The translations under genes and the position numbers were made by a program. Below the pieces are notes generated by a model. That model had not been told where the DNA came from. It ran no database searches and was given only the letters and a program-made list of their open reading frames with translations. Shown here one piece after another: positions 1-15,260 of a DNA stretch of 64,000 bases; position 1 is the stretch's first letter, and the number at the start of each line of letters is the position of its first letter. The stretch comes from Blasia pusilla (lineage: Eukaryota): contig CM114271.1 in the NCBI GenBank assembly GCA_050084515.1, positions 12,648,001 to 12,712,000 of the forward strand. The letters are read 5' to 3'.

Positions 1-305
1 TCGCGCCCCACGGACCAGCCTGCCATCAACTTCCCGGTCTGAGTTTCAACACTCAAGGGCACTACTCTGCATCCACCACACCAAACCACACACACCCGCA
101 CCTTCAATGGCCGTCTCTCTCTCTCTCTAAGATGTACTCTTTCTCAGAGATGAAACGCAAACATCGTCTGTAGGGGGGAAATTTTAAGAAGATGTTGGAT
201 CATGGGGCGTGTCCAGAACAAATTGCGGAATGTCTGGGCAGAAAAGACAGCGCCAGAACGCGGATGGGAGTAAGCCGTTAGAGGAGAAGAAGAGAGTCTG
301 AGCTC

Positions 306-340
<35 letters not shown>

Positions 341-3300
341 GGGAGAGAAAAGATATGTGCAGGAGAAGTAGCAGAGCAGAGGATGTGATGTACGAGATGA
401 AACCCGACTCCACAGTCCAAACCACATCCAATTCCGCACTGGTGGGGACAAGACGGCCCTGAATCGATCACCCCTGAACTGCTGATCCCCAGACCGCTCC
501 ACGAATTCCTCGTAGCACCGGAAGCGCTCTTTGAATCACCGCCCAGGCAAAACCGGTCCCGTCCTAAGTCTGCCTTGGTGAACTGAAGTGAACTGAAATT
601 CCGCGAATTGGGGCTAAAGGAGGGAAGATGAGATGGAATGTTGCAAGTCTGCCTCACGTGTCGGTCAAGGAGTGGTGTGATTTTGTGTTGCTCTTGCCAA
701 TCCTCGGTGGACAGAACAGGGTGTCTATCCGTGGGGCTGTCAAGAAAGCTCCGTCCGCCATAGCTCTGTTCGACGTGGCATGGCCTCGAACGCCGTTTCC
801 AACCCTAATCTACGCCTAACTCTATCGCCCGGGCTGGCGGAGTTATTCTTGCATCAGGTTACTTCGCTCTGGTTACCAGACCTACGTCGCTTCCATTTTC
901 ACCGAGCCTCCGTTCTCCTTTTGGTCCTGTGAATCACAGAGCATTTCCTTTTGTGGAGAATATTCTCCTGCGAAGGTGCGCCTATGCACGCTTGGGGATC
1001 TTTTACCTACTTCACTCTGGAAGACGTGTCAAAAGGTGGGGGAATTTAGGCTACGGGAGGATTCTATGAGCATTAAAATGGCGATCCGTATAAGATACCG
1101 AGATGCATTTCAAATTCATTAACAGTAAAGTAAATAATATTTCCATTAGAAAGAATTCCTTTGTTTAAAGACGGCATGAGAAATATTTTTTCAACATTAT
1201 TATCATTACTTTTTTAAGATGGTGGAATAATTTTTTGAGGAGCTTTCCTTTATTTTGGTTTTGGAGTTTCATTGGCTGGGTCGACTTTTCATTGGTTTAT
1301 GACTATTCCAAACTTATTTTTACTCCAGCTGTCTGCCTTGTTGAACAATGGAGACCGTCAATGCGAAGCTGTGTCTAGATCTACCATGACCAAGTTCTTT
1401 AGTGCTAGCCCTGGTTACTAAAACCTAGGACAAGATCATATGTACTCTTAACAAAAGATGGGGTTACATAGGCCTTCCTCTTGGTTTTGACACCATTCAT
1501 TCGAGGGCCTCTCTATTGCTTACACATGTCAATTTAATTGAGAGTGTTATGTTACGGGGTAGTTAAGTTAAGAAGAGAAATCATGAACAAGGAAAGCGGG
1601 GAAAGACAATTCTTTTCCCATGGTGCAGGCAACGCACTAGTAGTACAACTAAGGAATATCTCATCCAAATTCTCTCCATGTCCTGATTACGTTACAAGTT
1701 CTGCTTTTTTTTTCCTCTCCACCTAGCCCATCCATGTGCCCTGCACACATGATAAAGGGTTGCACATTGGTTATATGTGGGCCACAAACTTCACTTCCAT
1801 TTTACAAAATCCAACCCAAGAGGGCATCTAGCTTCCTCTTTTGGGACTTGGCATAAAGTTAAATGTTCTTGTGCCAAGAAAGATCCTATGTGGTATTGAA
1901 ATAACTTGCCAATTAAAGAACCCATAACCCTTACGGAAGAGACGATTCGGTCGAAAATTTGGCTATCACATAAGTAAATACTACCTTAACTTAGTAGTTT
2001 AATTTACTCTCTGGCACATTGGGCTTCTTCTTCCTCTTGAGCATGATTTACTCTACCTTTTCTGTACTTTAATCATCATGTGAACAAAATTTTATTTCAT
2101 GAAAAAGTTTCCAGAAATTATTCTTATAATTCCACTTCTTTTTTTTTTCAAAAGTATCCTCATTATTTCATGGGGAAATTCCGAAGGTTCCTTGGAGACT
2201 AACGATTTTCCAATATATGTTTTCCAAAACTGAGAATCAAAATTCTATGCAATATTCTCTAAATTTCCTCAAATCAAGAAAAAAATCCATTATACATTCC
2301 CGAAAAATCATTCTCATGATTTTATGGGATATTTGGGAGGTTTCCCAGAACCAAAGTGGCAATTCGGTTGACCACACGTGGCTCATGACTAGCATCTAGA
2401 TTGTGAGTATAAGTGTGACACCTGTAAGTTTGGGAGTGAGCTTTAGAGGAAGACGCGTGGATTTCCGGAAAAGTCACCCTCGTATATTTTATTTCAATAC
2501 GATTTTCAGTGTAGTTCTGATCACCATAACATAATTTTTAATCCGGAATCTTGTCTAAATAAGTTTTTGAGGAACTCTTAAAATTAACCATGTGCGTTTT
2601 GCAAATAAGAACAGGGCTTTTATTCGAAAAACATTTGTCTACGCTTGGATTTGTAGAGTTGAAAGGAGGTTCTACAACCCTTTCCAAAATCACCAACATC
2701 CTAACGTAAATAACCTTTTAATAACTTTTCCCCTTATGATTAGTTTAATATCAGGATTTTCTCTGAAATTTTTGAAATACTACAAATTTAAGTTTTATAA
2801 AGTATTTTTATTCATAAAATACTGCAAATTTGGATGAAAATGAATTTGGTAGAAAAATGAATCCAAACTATTTTCTATAAATTCTTTCTCTTATGGGACC
2901 AAAACTTATGACACATTGTGTTGGGTCTAAACATATCATTCATGTAGAAAGTGAGGCCATGAAGTGGAAATGAGTTATTTCTAATTTTAAGTATTGTGAT
3001 GGAAATTTCATTACAAAGTAGGTTAAAGACGTAAAAAAAGAACAATGGTAGTCTACCATACTAAGGTTGGATATTATGTTAACAACCTATGAGCAAACGG
3101 ACATGCTCTCATCCCTTTTTTTTTCTTTGACCCTTTTTTTGGTTATCACACAAGAAATTCACATTTCTTATTATTGACATAGGTGGATGTTACAAGTTTT
3201 CATAAAACTCATGAACAAAAAAAATCCCAAACAATGGAGATTATTCTACAGAGGCAAACTATTGTATGGAAATTTTAAAAATCTTTCCAGAATTACATCA

Positions 3301-6300
3301 AAGAATACATAAACTTGCATTTGAAATTATACTTGTTCCACTTCAATATATTTTGGATAAAATTTTGCTAGTTCTTATAATTCTTGAATACCATATATGA
3401 TTGAAGTACTTCTTAGGATGGAAATAAAATCACTTACAAATAACCTACAAAATGGAGCAACTTCATTTATCTCTTATCGGACCACTCTAAAAAAAAATAC
3501 ACTTATGCAATAAGACTCGGTGTAATTGAAAGACCAGAATCCAAAGGCACCTGCTGCCTTTGGACAAGAAAAGATGGAATTATAGTTACACTCATGACAA
3601 GTAGAGTAAGGTGCCCTATGGATGGTACCTAACCAGGGATCAAATTAGAAATTAGAAGGGATTCCAAATCTATAGTACAATGTGCAACAACCCTTTCATC
3701 AACAAGAGCATATGGCATTCGGGTTGGCATCCTAATGTGACACCTGTTTCAGCTAATTAGTTAGTTCCATTTAGCTGATATAAAGCAAATAGATGTAAGG
3801 AGTACTCATCATTGACTCGTGCATGGCATGGGCACCGACTAGTTGTGATTAGGAACATTATTCTAAATCGGAGTGACCATAACCTACAAGTAAGATGTTC
3901 GATATCATACTACTATGGGCCTTAGCTCGCATGGAGGACTTATGAAAGAAAGCCACCGGTGAAACCTATCCCTGGAACCTTCTTTATTTTACCTCATACT
4001 AACATGAGAAGGAGAATGAGAATAAGGTTTCAATAATCAGATTACTTCATTCTATTTGAAATTAAAATTTATTTCTTATGTGTTTCAAATTTTATCAGTA
4101 AATTATATAATTGATATATATTTACTATTAATTAGATTAAAACATATTTTATTTTTAAATCCTATTCTTCACAAAATCTTCCATTATTAAATATTTCCAA
4201 GTCGCTACACTCGCCCAAAACGTGATAACCTGTTAAATTTGACAAACACAAGTCTACCACGTATCCCGACATACCTTAAATCCACCGGGGTCGGCTTTGG
4301 TATTCAAACGCTCACGGGGTAGCCTGAGTTACCTGACTATTTACTCTTTACTCTAACCGAGCCGCGGAATTCCTGAAGGATACGGCACAAGATACTGGGA
4401 TGCCGCTACTCTAGCTGCCACGCGTCCAGTTCTTATCATCTACAATCTGAGCCGCCAATACGTGCCAGTATAAGCAGCGAAGAACTCGGCCAAGTCAGTC
4501 AGGTTTTCGAGTCACCAGCTAATCTAGCGGCGTGTCGCGTAGATTGCCTGTCCTGCTCGACCGGGAAAGTGGTCCGCAAGTCGTCCGGAACCACCTTGCA
4601 GGCTATCCAGATTCCAGTATCACAGTCTTCTTAACCTGAACGCCATGTTCTTGGCTGCCCTTAAAGTTGGACACTAGGATTATGCACCTGGGGTTAGTTT
4701 AAAGTATCTGTATGGGTTTCGAGGTAGGGCAACGTGGCCTGTGGGCAAGTAAGCTTATCTGCTTATCTTCTCTTGTACATCCACTTGTCTTGTCCTCCGT
4801 CGATAGCTGTGGACTAATACGCACACGCCCTCGATCTCTAATCGACGGCTGATACCTCCCTCGATCATGTAGATGAACGTTTGGATGGAGGTGAACGATT
4901 TCTGTCTCTTATTTTCTGGATAAGTTATTATTAGAGGGAAAGAGGGAGATATAATATACGAATAAAATAAGATGGGGAACTCATGGGAGATTATGGAGTC
5001 GGGAAAAAAGAGGCACCTCCATGTAGAGGCCAAAAATACTATAGGAAGGCCTCCTTCTTACAAGTATAGAGTTACTAGTAAGGTGCCTCTGCGATGCACG
5101 GGTATGTGTTCGCCCGCTTCAGGTTTGGGGCCATGTGACATGGGGCCTCCGCAACATTCTTTCTTCTCCTTATTTTTACTCCTTCCTTGCATATCACTTT
5201 CGAGTTTCAATTCCCATTCCAATATTCCCCAAAGCACCAGGACGGTAGAGAGATCATGTACAAGGATCTGCCCGCCCGAGACTTGTAAGTTCAAGTGCTC
5301 ACGTTTCAGGGTTGAATCGGACAGTACCGCCATCCATTCCGAGGTTTGTCAATAGATGCCGAGGATACTTTCCCACTGCCCATAAGTCTGGATTATTTTC
5401 ACCGTATATCCTCCACTACTAAAGATCTTTCGATCCTCGGTTCAGGTGGCAAGTTCTCGAGTTTTTCTCGACTTTCTTCATGCTCGAATCCGGTTTCTTA
5501 TTCTCCTTTTGGCGCATGATATTGCTCCACTTGAGGAGCTTCCGTAGTCATCTTTTGTTTTCCTTCCTCGAGTGTGTGTGCGTTGTAATCGTAGGTTGCC
5601 CTTTTATTGAGACTGAGTTTTAGTCTTTGTTGAAGTGCTTAGATTATTTCTTTCTTTTTCCAAGGTTGCCTTGAGGAAAAAACAGAGATTGGATCATTAT
5701 TCCAGTTCAATCAAGTTTTACGTGTCTCCAGAAAATTGCCAATAGGTATGCTTAATGGGGGTTCTTCTCGAGAGCAATCTAGCTATAATTCAAGATTCAA
5801 TAATTTCTTTCCTCATCATCCTGCTTATCAATTGATGCACTTGACAGCTTACAAATACAAATGGACCATTCTATACATGCACAGAGAAGTGTGCATGTAT
5901 CGAATTTTTCCAATGAATTTCTTCATTTCCCATAAATGGTAAGGGCATCACAATTCTCTACATCTTTTTCCAAAACTCCCGTATGAGCTCTCTTAGCTTA
6001 ATTGAATTATAGATTTGATGTAAGTCCATAAATACTTTTAGCAAACGCGTGAATTTGCCATTTATGTTCATTTCCGGTTTCGGCCTTCATGAACTACGAG
6101 GATACGAGGATTTACTTCAAAAAATGGGCGACAGTATAAGCTTTTGGGGTAGAAGAAGTGGAGGGGATTTGGTGTGAATTTTTTTGTGGTAAGGTTAGTA
6201 CCGGTCATACACATGGATGGTGTCGTCGCTACCATGTTTCAAGAGCATGATGCCGCTTACTTCCATGCCAACTTCCATATTGGTGTCCACAAAGAGATGA

Positions 6301-8099
6301 TTAAGGCATTTCCTTTTCCCGCATCTCTCGCCCTTGCCAATTACACCATCGTGTTCCTCATGATAGCTTGAATGCTCCATTGCCTTTGATCCAAAATTAC
6401 CGATTCTAAGTTTCCATTAGAGGTGCTTTGTTTGTTCTATGAGAATGCTCTAGATGTTGTTTTCTAGTAGGCAAGAGATTTTCATGAAGATAGAGTGAAG
6501 GAGCACATTCATTTTGATGCCGCTCTTTCTGGTCACAAGATTCTTTCTCACGTATGAGAAGAGATCTTCTTCTTGCCTCCTACATTCCGTATCCTTGCAC
6601 ATTTGTGGGAGGTGCATGTAACAAGTTTCTTGGTTGGGTCTGTCCATACTCCCTACTCGCAATCATGTGAGATCCAAAAACTTAGGAAAATCATCAAAAA
6701 TTTGGATTACATACTTATTGATCTCGGAGCTTAACGTTGTTGAGCGGTAAAAAATGGTGGTCACAAATGAAGCTCAAAGTGAACTCGGGCGGGGCACATC
6801 ACTATAGAACGTAAGCCTTGAGGTCTGGAAATATGGATCCCTATTCATACAACACACAACAATTCTCAATGTTCGTTTTCCATTGAGTGCTAAAATTGAC
6901 TAAGGATTCAAGTGAGTAATGTTGAGTGGATGCAAGGATCAAAGATTTCAACCTAGGACCTAACAATTAACTGAAAATCCAGCATTCATGGAATTCTTTT
7001 GCTTGTTTACATTTTTAGTGCAATTCGATGCTAGTGCTTCTGCAGATCTCTCCGCATTGAGATATCTAGTTCAAATTCAGTCCATCAATGAACTCATCCG
7101 CTCCTGGAGCCATGGCCAGACACAAAGGACTCGTGGGCTTAAATGAAATTAGCCCAATGATCCAAAGGTAGTGGATCTCTACCCACTTCCGTATCTTCAG
7201 CTTCATTGAAGCGCCCTGCTATTCTCGCTAATGGTTCTAACGCTAGCCGGAGTTTAGCTATCAATTAAGCATGCATACGATTGCAAAAATGAAAGGGCCC
7301 ACGCCCTAGGGTTTAAGGAACCCATTCACATATTGAGCTCAAAATCTACTTGAACCAGCATCGGCAGAAACTATAAAAGCTCATGTGCGTTCAAACTCCG
7401 TCACTGTTGAATTGACTCAGTGATATGTACATATTCTAGCAAGCTCATCTTAACAATCACACACAAGAAGGAAACGGTAACATATCCGAGTATCCGATTG
7501 ACAACATCTTTTCACACCTCCAACAACCTCCGATAAGTTTTGCTCACTCACTTCTAGACCTGGAAGATCTCTCAGTCCTTGCAGTTTGCCTTGAATATTT
7601 ACCTTTCAAATTCCTTACTACCAAGATGTCAGTTGAAGGTTAGCTTATGTGCCAACACATCTACCTTTCGTGGATGAAATCGAAGACCAAAGTTAGAGGG
7701 AACAATTGATTGGAAGATGGGCAACCTCCATTGTTTATGGGCCAAATGTCTTTCATTCTTAAGAGGTTCCACTAAAGCCACACTATCCCAGTGCATGATC
7801 AACCAACTCATTTCCTCTTTTTGAAAGTCACACTTGTTTCCTACGAGAGAGGCCAAAGCGCATAAATATATTTCAAAGCTTCACTCCTAATAGATGCAAT
7901 ACAAAATTTATTTATTTTCTTCCTACTTATAGTAATCCCTCTATACTCAATTAATAGTATAGATGGACATTATAATGCAAGTTAAGCCTGTGTAGGTATA
8001 TAGGTTTGCAACCATGCTATGTGTCACTTGAGATGACTTGAGTATAATTTCCATAATTGAAGATGAAAGAACTACTAGCCCGCACGATAGGTTGGGTAG

Positions 8100-10100
8100 C
8101 TCAATCAATGGGTATACTATGAATATAGCTCATTCACTTGGAGATTAACAAACAACACATTTATCTTACTTGTCTATATAGAGAATTTGCATTTGAGATG
8201 TTGGAATGTTGCATATTCCACCCAACAAGAGGGATGTAAACAATTGAGTTAACTTGGAAGAAACCCTTGTGAAAGCAATTGTACTTTGTCTCGATATTGA
8301 GGATTGTGTCAACAAGGGACAATATATGCAGATGGAGTGGATCTACTAATAGCACATCCCACATATAAGTGAGGGACATGTAGACATTGTGCATCATTTA
8401 ACCACCGACGGCTTGACAATAATGGGAGACATGAAATTTTCCAAAGGAGGGATCATACCAGGTAATATATATCCGGTGCACAGAGCCTAAGGAGGGGTTT
8501 TGCAACAACCTTCAATTATTTGCAATTCTCATCTTTACGTGCATTCTACATATGCGTAGTCAAGACCAGTTTAACAGAGTGCACCACTCCCTATTATTGC
8601 TCCCAATGGTGGGAGCCATGGTGCACAAGTACCTAGAAATAACTAAGGAACAAGCTTTGAATAAGCGATGGCTCCATTAACTCAGTTGCATATGATGGTG
8701 GGTTCATAGGGGCGGCCTGAAACAATGGACAAGCTTATAGGAAATAGCAAACAAACATCTGGTGGAATTAAGAGATGATTAAAAGTAAAAGTGGCTAGAA
8801 CAATGCTTTGGGTAGGCTTGTTATGAATGAGCTGCACCAAGAATATATAAGTAGATAAGTAGTGCGAAGCCAAAAATAGCACACTGAGATTTTGAGGTAA
8901 GTGCCAAGGGTAAGTGCATTGGATCACACACCTTAAATGTACAACACTATTGCAATATAGTGCACAAAGCATGTTGCAACCAAGCAAGTCTGACGTCGGC
9001 GAGGAGCACGACCCTTCTAGGATAAGATAGGAATGCGTAGAATATGTGCAATGCTTAGTCACAAAGAAAGAAAACCAGTATCATTGATAACTAGTTGCTT
9101 GCTAAAATTTTAGGATACAACGAAGCCAACAAATTTTTACTCCCTACATGCACACTTGTGAACGGGCATAGGTATATCGGCTGTGAGCAACATGGTGGTG
9201 GGCACGGTAGTAAAATTACCTCAATGTAATAGGTACCCTTGAGGAATCGATGCGCATGTGGACCACATGTGCTTATGATACTCATTGACTCATAGGCGTA
9301 GCACACCATGGGAAGGAAGGTTGACTAGAGAGTGAGAAGACATAGTAGTAGGATATGCACACTAAGCAGGTGCACTATGAAGAAATTTCTAAATGCAAAT
9401 AGACAAACTAAGTAGAAAGGTGGTTGAAAAGTAGAGGGTGGCAATAGAGATAGGAAATGAGCAAGGCTCCCCATGGGTTTGTTTATGGCTAATTAATATC
9501 TACGACATGAAGTCACATGGATCTCATATGCACATCAAGGTTTTATACACTCAAAATCATTGTCACCTTGCAAGTTGCTCCATTCTGAAACAACAAAAAT
9601 AAGTACATCAAACAAACAACAATGACACATAATGGATGCGTAGCCCATAATCCTGTTAGGAAAATAAAATCTGACGTAGCTCCAATCAACAAAGCCTACA
9701 ATCCCAACAAGACTCAACCACGTAGATCAAGCAAATAAGTATCTTTTAACACCAATTCCGTTGCATTGTAGGATTGATTAGCCTTGATTTCTTCTTCACT
9801 AACACCTTGCATACTTAACATGAAATCACACGAAAAGTTGTTCCCACTTGTGTGGCCCTTAAGTCACATGATCTAACTTGATAAGCCAAATGAGAGGGTT
9901 GCGCAACTTGACTGGGTTGACAAATATTTGGGGAGCGGCATCCCCTTGCACTTGGTATGTGCCGAGATTAATCTTAACGCACCTGAGCATGTGCATTATA
10001 TCATGAAGCACAGAAGAATAAATAGATTGGCTTGAGGTAGGCACTACAATCCCTAAACGTCGTAGGCAACATGCTATTTTTATGCAATTTACGTTATTTG
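8100..10100 (-). mobile_element. Degenerate Helitron relic (N-terminal part of RepHel), boundaries approximate
   Basis: ORF 8161-8397 (DPLHLHILSLVDTILNIETKYNCFHKGFFQVNSIVYIPLVGWN) aligns by eye with ORF 38028-38333 (DPLQLQLLSIVDSRTSIIQKYNGFHKGLFRPASLIDSALVEWN), which lies upstream of clear Rep/Pif1 motifs. There is a weaker PNRI match near 9650 vs 37500. Confidence 0.6.
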
Positions 10101-13100
10101 CTTTATAGCACAACCCTCCCCCCACGGGCGCAGTCGGCTCATAGAGTCAACCGTTTGTATCATTGTGCATGGTGTTGGAAATTTGTGTGACAGGCGCTAA
10201 GGTAGTGTAGGATAAGTTGTATGTCCAATTGTGTGCACAAGCAAGTGAAATGAGCTCCATCAAGAAAGAGGTGGCAAAATGGGTCAAAAAAATGGAAAAG
10301 CGCACAATGAATAAATCAATTTCGGAGGTTTAGTCTCTAAACAAATCCCAAGGTTGGCTTGCGCATCTGGCTACCATCCAACGACGAAAAAAATGACACA
10401 TTTTCATTTTGTCACATTGTCGGTGTTATCTTTATGTGCACTCTAAGGAGACATGGTGCCACCAAATCTCAAGCCAAAGATTAGGCACTTATAGCTAGTA
10501 GGGGTTGTAATGAACATGACTACTAGCAAGACCCAAACAATTGATCTGAATGTGAGGTCATGTTACAAATCTTATGTGAGATTCAGTTTGGGCATATATG
10601 GTTGCACAAGGTAGATTGCTAAAAGGAGCAATAGTGCATGCTGCAAGGAATAAGACTCAACTTTACAATCACCTTTACAAGGAATATCGCTTTGTCTTAT
10701 TAAATATTGAGATGGATGGGGCTATAGACAAGCAAGAGGTTTGATACTTTCCTTAATGAGGTTGTCCATCATTTCCACTTGAGAAATGAGTTTCCTTAAG
10801 AAATTTTGTTATCACATAATAAACATTTATTTTTCATTACTATATAGTGTGCCTAAGCTAATGGGATTTAGCGACTTATTCAAACTATGAGAGTCATCAT
10901 GGCATGAAGTCCTTATATATATATACACGTTTGCAAGAATGAGGGAATACCACGTGGAATAGTGGTGCTACTTATGAAAATCACTCTCGCAAACAGTGCA
11001 AAACATGAAATCTCAATCAACTTCATGAATGGCTATCATCTCCTACCTAAGTGGATAGTGTACCACATACAAACCTATATAATTTAAGCTTTGTCAACAC
11101 TATAAATGTGTTGAACTAACAAAAAATGCTTGGGAAAGGCCTAGAAAAAGCCCCATCATTGGGATAAAGGTTAGTTATAAGATATAGAATTATGAAATGA
11201 GGGGGCAAACACCCATTGATAAATCAACCACCTTCCCCGAGTAGGAGCAAGTACATACCTCAACCACCACCAAAATACTTTGTTGAACATAGTTTCTCTA
11301 AAACGGCCTCTAAGTCACCATCCATCAAAGAAGATTGGATTTGAGACTCATCAAAAAGATAGCGAGGGAGGAACAAATTGGGAGAACCGCCTATCCTTGT
11401 CTAGAAGGAAACTCTATTTGTATTCTGCAAGAGAGTATTGTGTGGGGAAAGAACCATCCCCTACGTGAGAGGCATATTTTAGTATGAGGGGTCTATGTTT
11501 CATAAAGAACCTAGAGGAAAGAAGGGATGCTCCTACTTTCCAACTCCCTACAGAATCCAAAGGGGTCATTGACTCTATTGACATAAGACTTGCACTACCA
11601 AAGGCCATGAGCCAAGAAGACAATGAATGAGCTTGCACACTCATATGGCACTCAAAGTAGCCAAGTACTGAAATATTTCCAAACACTTGTAGGATACTCT
11701 TATCAAACGATCTAAGTGTAAGGAAGTGGCTAGACATCCACACAATCCTAATGAGGTCATTCAAAGGAAAGGTGGTGCTCACATAAAACGTGTTTGGGTG
11801 AAGCAACAATGTTCTCGTTTTCATATGACGGTTGAGGAGGGTTAGCTCTTTCTAAAGATGTAATTGGCAAGCACAACAAATATTCAAAATTGTAGGAGGT
11901 AGTGCCCATGACATGAATATTGGGGATTGAAGTCAGCAACAAACTATACCTAATTATAGGCTATCATTTGGCATAGGACACTAGAAATCCCAATTAAGGA
12001 TTCCATGAGAGGTGTTGGAAGGGCCACATGTGATCCTTTGAGTGTATCATCAAAGTCTATAGAAAGAGATTATATTGAGCCTACACGAGAATGAAAACCA
12101 AAAACATTCATTGGTTCTTTTGGCTCTTCCTAATAATCTCATAGATAAGAATATGGTTTCAATAATCATCTTTCTCGTGTTGAGCTTAGGAAGCATCTAC
12201 TTAATTATTGGGTTTGGTAATATTTAGTGCGTTCAAGTCAAGAGTCCCTCATGGTGGAGATAGTTATACATCCGCCAAGGTAGAGATAAAATGATGCTTA
12301 TGGATTTGCTCAACGTGGTGATAATCCACATGGAGATATCGTGCCCTCTTTGGAAATATTTAGCAGTAATATTAGTTGGCCATGAGGGCTTCAAGGATCT
12401 CAATACAACATGTAGTGATACTTGGTCCAAGAATGTCTCGAGTTGTTATGTATATGGGAAATATGTAGATATTAGCATACATTACTCATTAATTGATTTA
12501 ATACGGAAATTATGAGATCTGCATAGGGTTGGTATAATTAATTTGGTCAATTGATCATAAGATGGTCCTGTCAAGGTCATTCATCAACTTCATGATTATT
12601 AAATTTGCAACATCCCAAATAGATCCTATTTTAGGACACACTACAAGTATTATAACACTTGCAAAAGAGTTATCCAGGTAAATTTTGGATAATTTGTTAT
12701 TGTTGGATGATACTTATATAAGAGTTATGATGAGTATGCATCAAGTGTTGTCTTGGTTATGATAAAGAATGTTGTTACATGCAACCATTTTTTTTATTGA
12801 TTGCGTGCACATCATATGTAATATTGTGGATAACCCTTCTACCATTAGAGATGCTCAAACAAGATTATGACGGAATCTTATAAGCATCCCACTTGATAGT
12901 TGCTATGATCTTGGATCCATGGAGATGAAATGAATCATAATGATAGATTACTCTTGCTATTTCTTATCTGATAGGAGAGTAAATTTATAAGTTATACGTA
13001 TTGAATTTATGTATATGTTATGTGGGTGCTCCAAGAGTGAAGTCCCTATATTCATTTATGATGGTAGATATTGTGCTTGACATCGCCTCTTGACAAGGTC

Positions 13101-13688
13101 CTAAACAACAATAAGTGTCTCAAAGATGTGTATAGAGTAGTGAATTACACGAGGTTGAATGTAATAGGCGCAAAATTGGAGTTAGGAGATAGAATAATCG
13201 ATCAAGGGGGTTGTTGTATATATGGTCTCAAAGTATATATGTAAGGTTACTTATGTATGTGAATATTTCATTTAGTCAAAAGATGAACATTATGCTTGAT
13301 GTATATGAACAATGAAGTGCATTAGTCTAACATCCATTCACCTTCATTCGAAGTGACCTATCATGAGGAATTGTATTTATTTTATAAAAAATCCCTTTGA
13401 CTCGAATACAACCAACAAAGAATCACTGACGACATTTGATTTAAGGAGACAACCAACCTATTTTTTGGAGTAGAATAAGGATGTTTCGTATAATTTAAAA
13501 CTTAGGAGGCCTTGGAGTTGTACATTTAAAAAGGGGGAGGGGAGTTTTGGTAAAACTTGGAAAATAATATCTTAAATTAAAATTTGACTTACTAGAGGAT
13601 AAATGTATGAATGGATACTAATGAAAGATCCAAACGTCTCTCTAGGCATTGTTGATATTTTCTCTATTGTTGATGAGTTTAGCCACTA

Positions 13689-14045
13689 GGGGGGTGCCTC
13701 CTTTGGCTATTTATAGGCTAGTTGTGGCCTTCACGGACTCGAGTCTTTGAACACCTTTTTCCTATATTTCGGATGGGTTTTCCATTAACCGATTTTTATT
13801 GAGGCCTCGTATTCCAATGAAAGAAATTGCTAAAACACACTATCTACGTTATTTAAAAAAATTATCTCATAGTATTAATACTTAGTTGTTTAAAAAAACA
13901 TGAGTGGCTTATGTGATGAAAAAAAAATAGCCTCAATGAAAGGCATGTAATAGAAAACCCATCGGAAGTACAAAAGAAAGGGACTCAAAGCGTCCAGTAC
14001 GTGAAGGCCACAACCAGCCCGAAACAAGAAAAGGGTGAGCCCCCC
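13689..14045. mobile_element. MITE-like foldback element, ~115-bp diverged terminal inverted repeats, TA flanks
   Basis: Left arm GGGGGG...GTTGTGGCCTTCACG...GATGGGTTTTC...ATTGAGGC is the reverse complement of right arm GCCTCAATG...GAAAACCCATC...CGTGAAGGCCACAAC...CCCCCC. TA lies on both sides (13687-88, 14046-47). Confidence 0.75.
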
Positions 14046-14049
14046 TATT

Positions 14050-15260
14050 GACTTAACTCACCAAGAGTAGAGACACTACCAACAACACCTAGATAGACAT
14101 GACTAGCACTAAGTGGGCCTTTAGCGTTAGTGTCTCCCAGAGTACGAGTCCGCTGCAAAGTCTGGGCATGTTGCAAAGCTATGGAGATTCGTTGACTACA
14201 ATAAAGAATTGCAGTAGTCAAGGAAGAAAACCTATTTCTCAACTGGAGATGATGAGTGCGAACCATAAGGAATGAGTCAAACCTCTCTCCCCATAGTCCC
14301 ATACATCTCTATGGCTAGGGGGACGAATAGATGTCCATCATGAAGTCAACTATATATGTGGGTCTTTTTGAAGGTTGCCGTTGCCTCCATTCCTTGTAGC
14401 GATCTCCCTTGTGCCACCACTCGGGCTCACACAACCTCCCGTATAGCATATATCACTACAATATCAGCGGCCACCACCTTAACCTCTTGCGTCATATAAA
14501 GAGCAACACAAATAAATGAATCTCACATGGATTAGTGCCTCTCTATCTACACGTGGAAGCCACTCTCATAAGTAATACTAAACATGATGTCATGAAAAAC
14601 ATCATGAGTGGAAATCCTCTCACCCTTAACTAGACAACGTGCCACATGGATCGAGACTCCGACGACACTCATGGTGTGTCAAAACCAACCACCGATGGTT
14701 AGGGGAGGCAATCAAGACTTCATTATTGTAGTGTAGGTAAGTAATGCAATACATAAAGTCGGGATGATGGGGGAGCCCCATGAATGTGCCCCCTTTCCAA
14801 AGCAAGAGCAAGTACGGGCCAAACCTCCATGGAGATATCCTCGTTTGACATAAATCCTCTATAAAGTGCAAGGATTTTGAGGCTATAAACTTCTATCAAT
14901 GAAGATTGGAGCCCATACTGACTAAAGGTAACTAAGGGGGAGAAAGCGAGGGGAATGACTCTGGCCTCAACTAGCATAGAATCTCTACATGCTCAGAGGG
15001 AAGACTATAGTAGGAAAAGTCCATTGTCAACCTAGGAATCCCATTATAGAAGGAATGGGTCTATCCCTTATCATAAATTGAGAGCAAGGAAGTGGTTTAG
15101 CAATAGCCCAACTTAAAAAGCAGAGGGCAACACTAACTTAGTCAAGAGAAGACCTACTCCGCCAAAGGCAATCAATCAAGAATCATGTCTACGAACTAAC
15201 TCCCCCATGGGCCACTCCAAGGAGTCCGGTCCTATAAAATCCCCGAACACTTATATGATC
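14050..15260 (-). mobile_element. 3' fragment of an RLE-endonuclease non-LTR retrotransposon (CRE/R2-like), pseudogenised
   Basis: Minus-strand translation across stops and frameshifts gives ECRRSLDPCG..KGERISTHDVFHDI...GFHV.IE (degenerate CCHC), VAADIVV, KKTHIY, DGHLFVPLAIEMYG and QRISIALQHAQ, the usual zinc finger plus restriction-like endonuclease C-terminus. Confidence 0.7.

Noticed and set aside
1-700. Possible 5' UTR and start (ATG at ~27, acceptor-like CCCCTACAG at ~168) of a minus-strand gene leaving the window
   Set aside because: Only ~8 codons are visible and there is no recognisable protein; the longer ORFs here cross a (GA)n tract.
4231-5355. Possible solo LTR bounded by TTGACAAAC/GTTTGTCAA
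   Set aside because: No clean TG...CA ends, TSD or second copy in the window.
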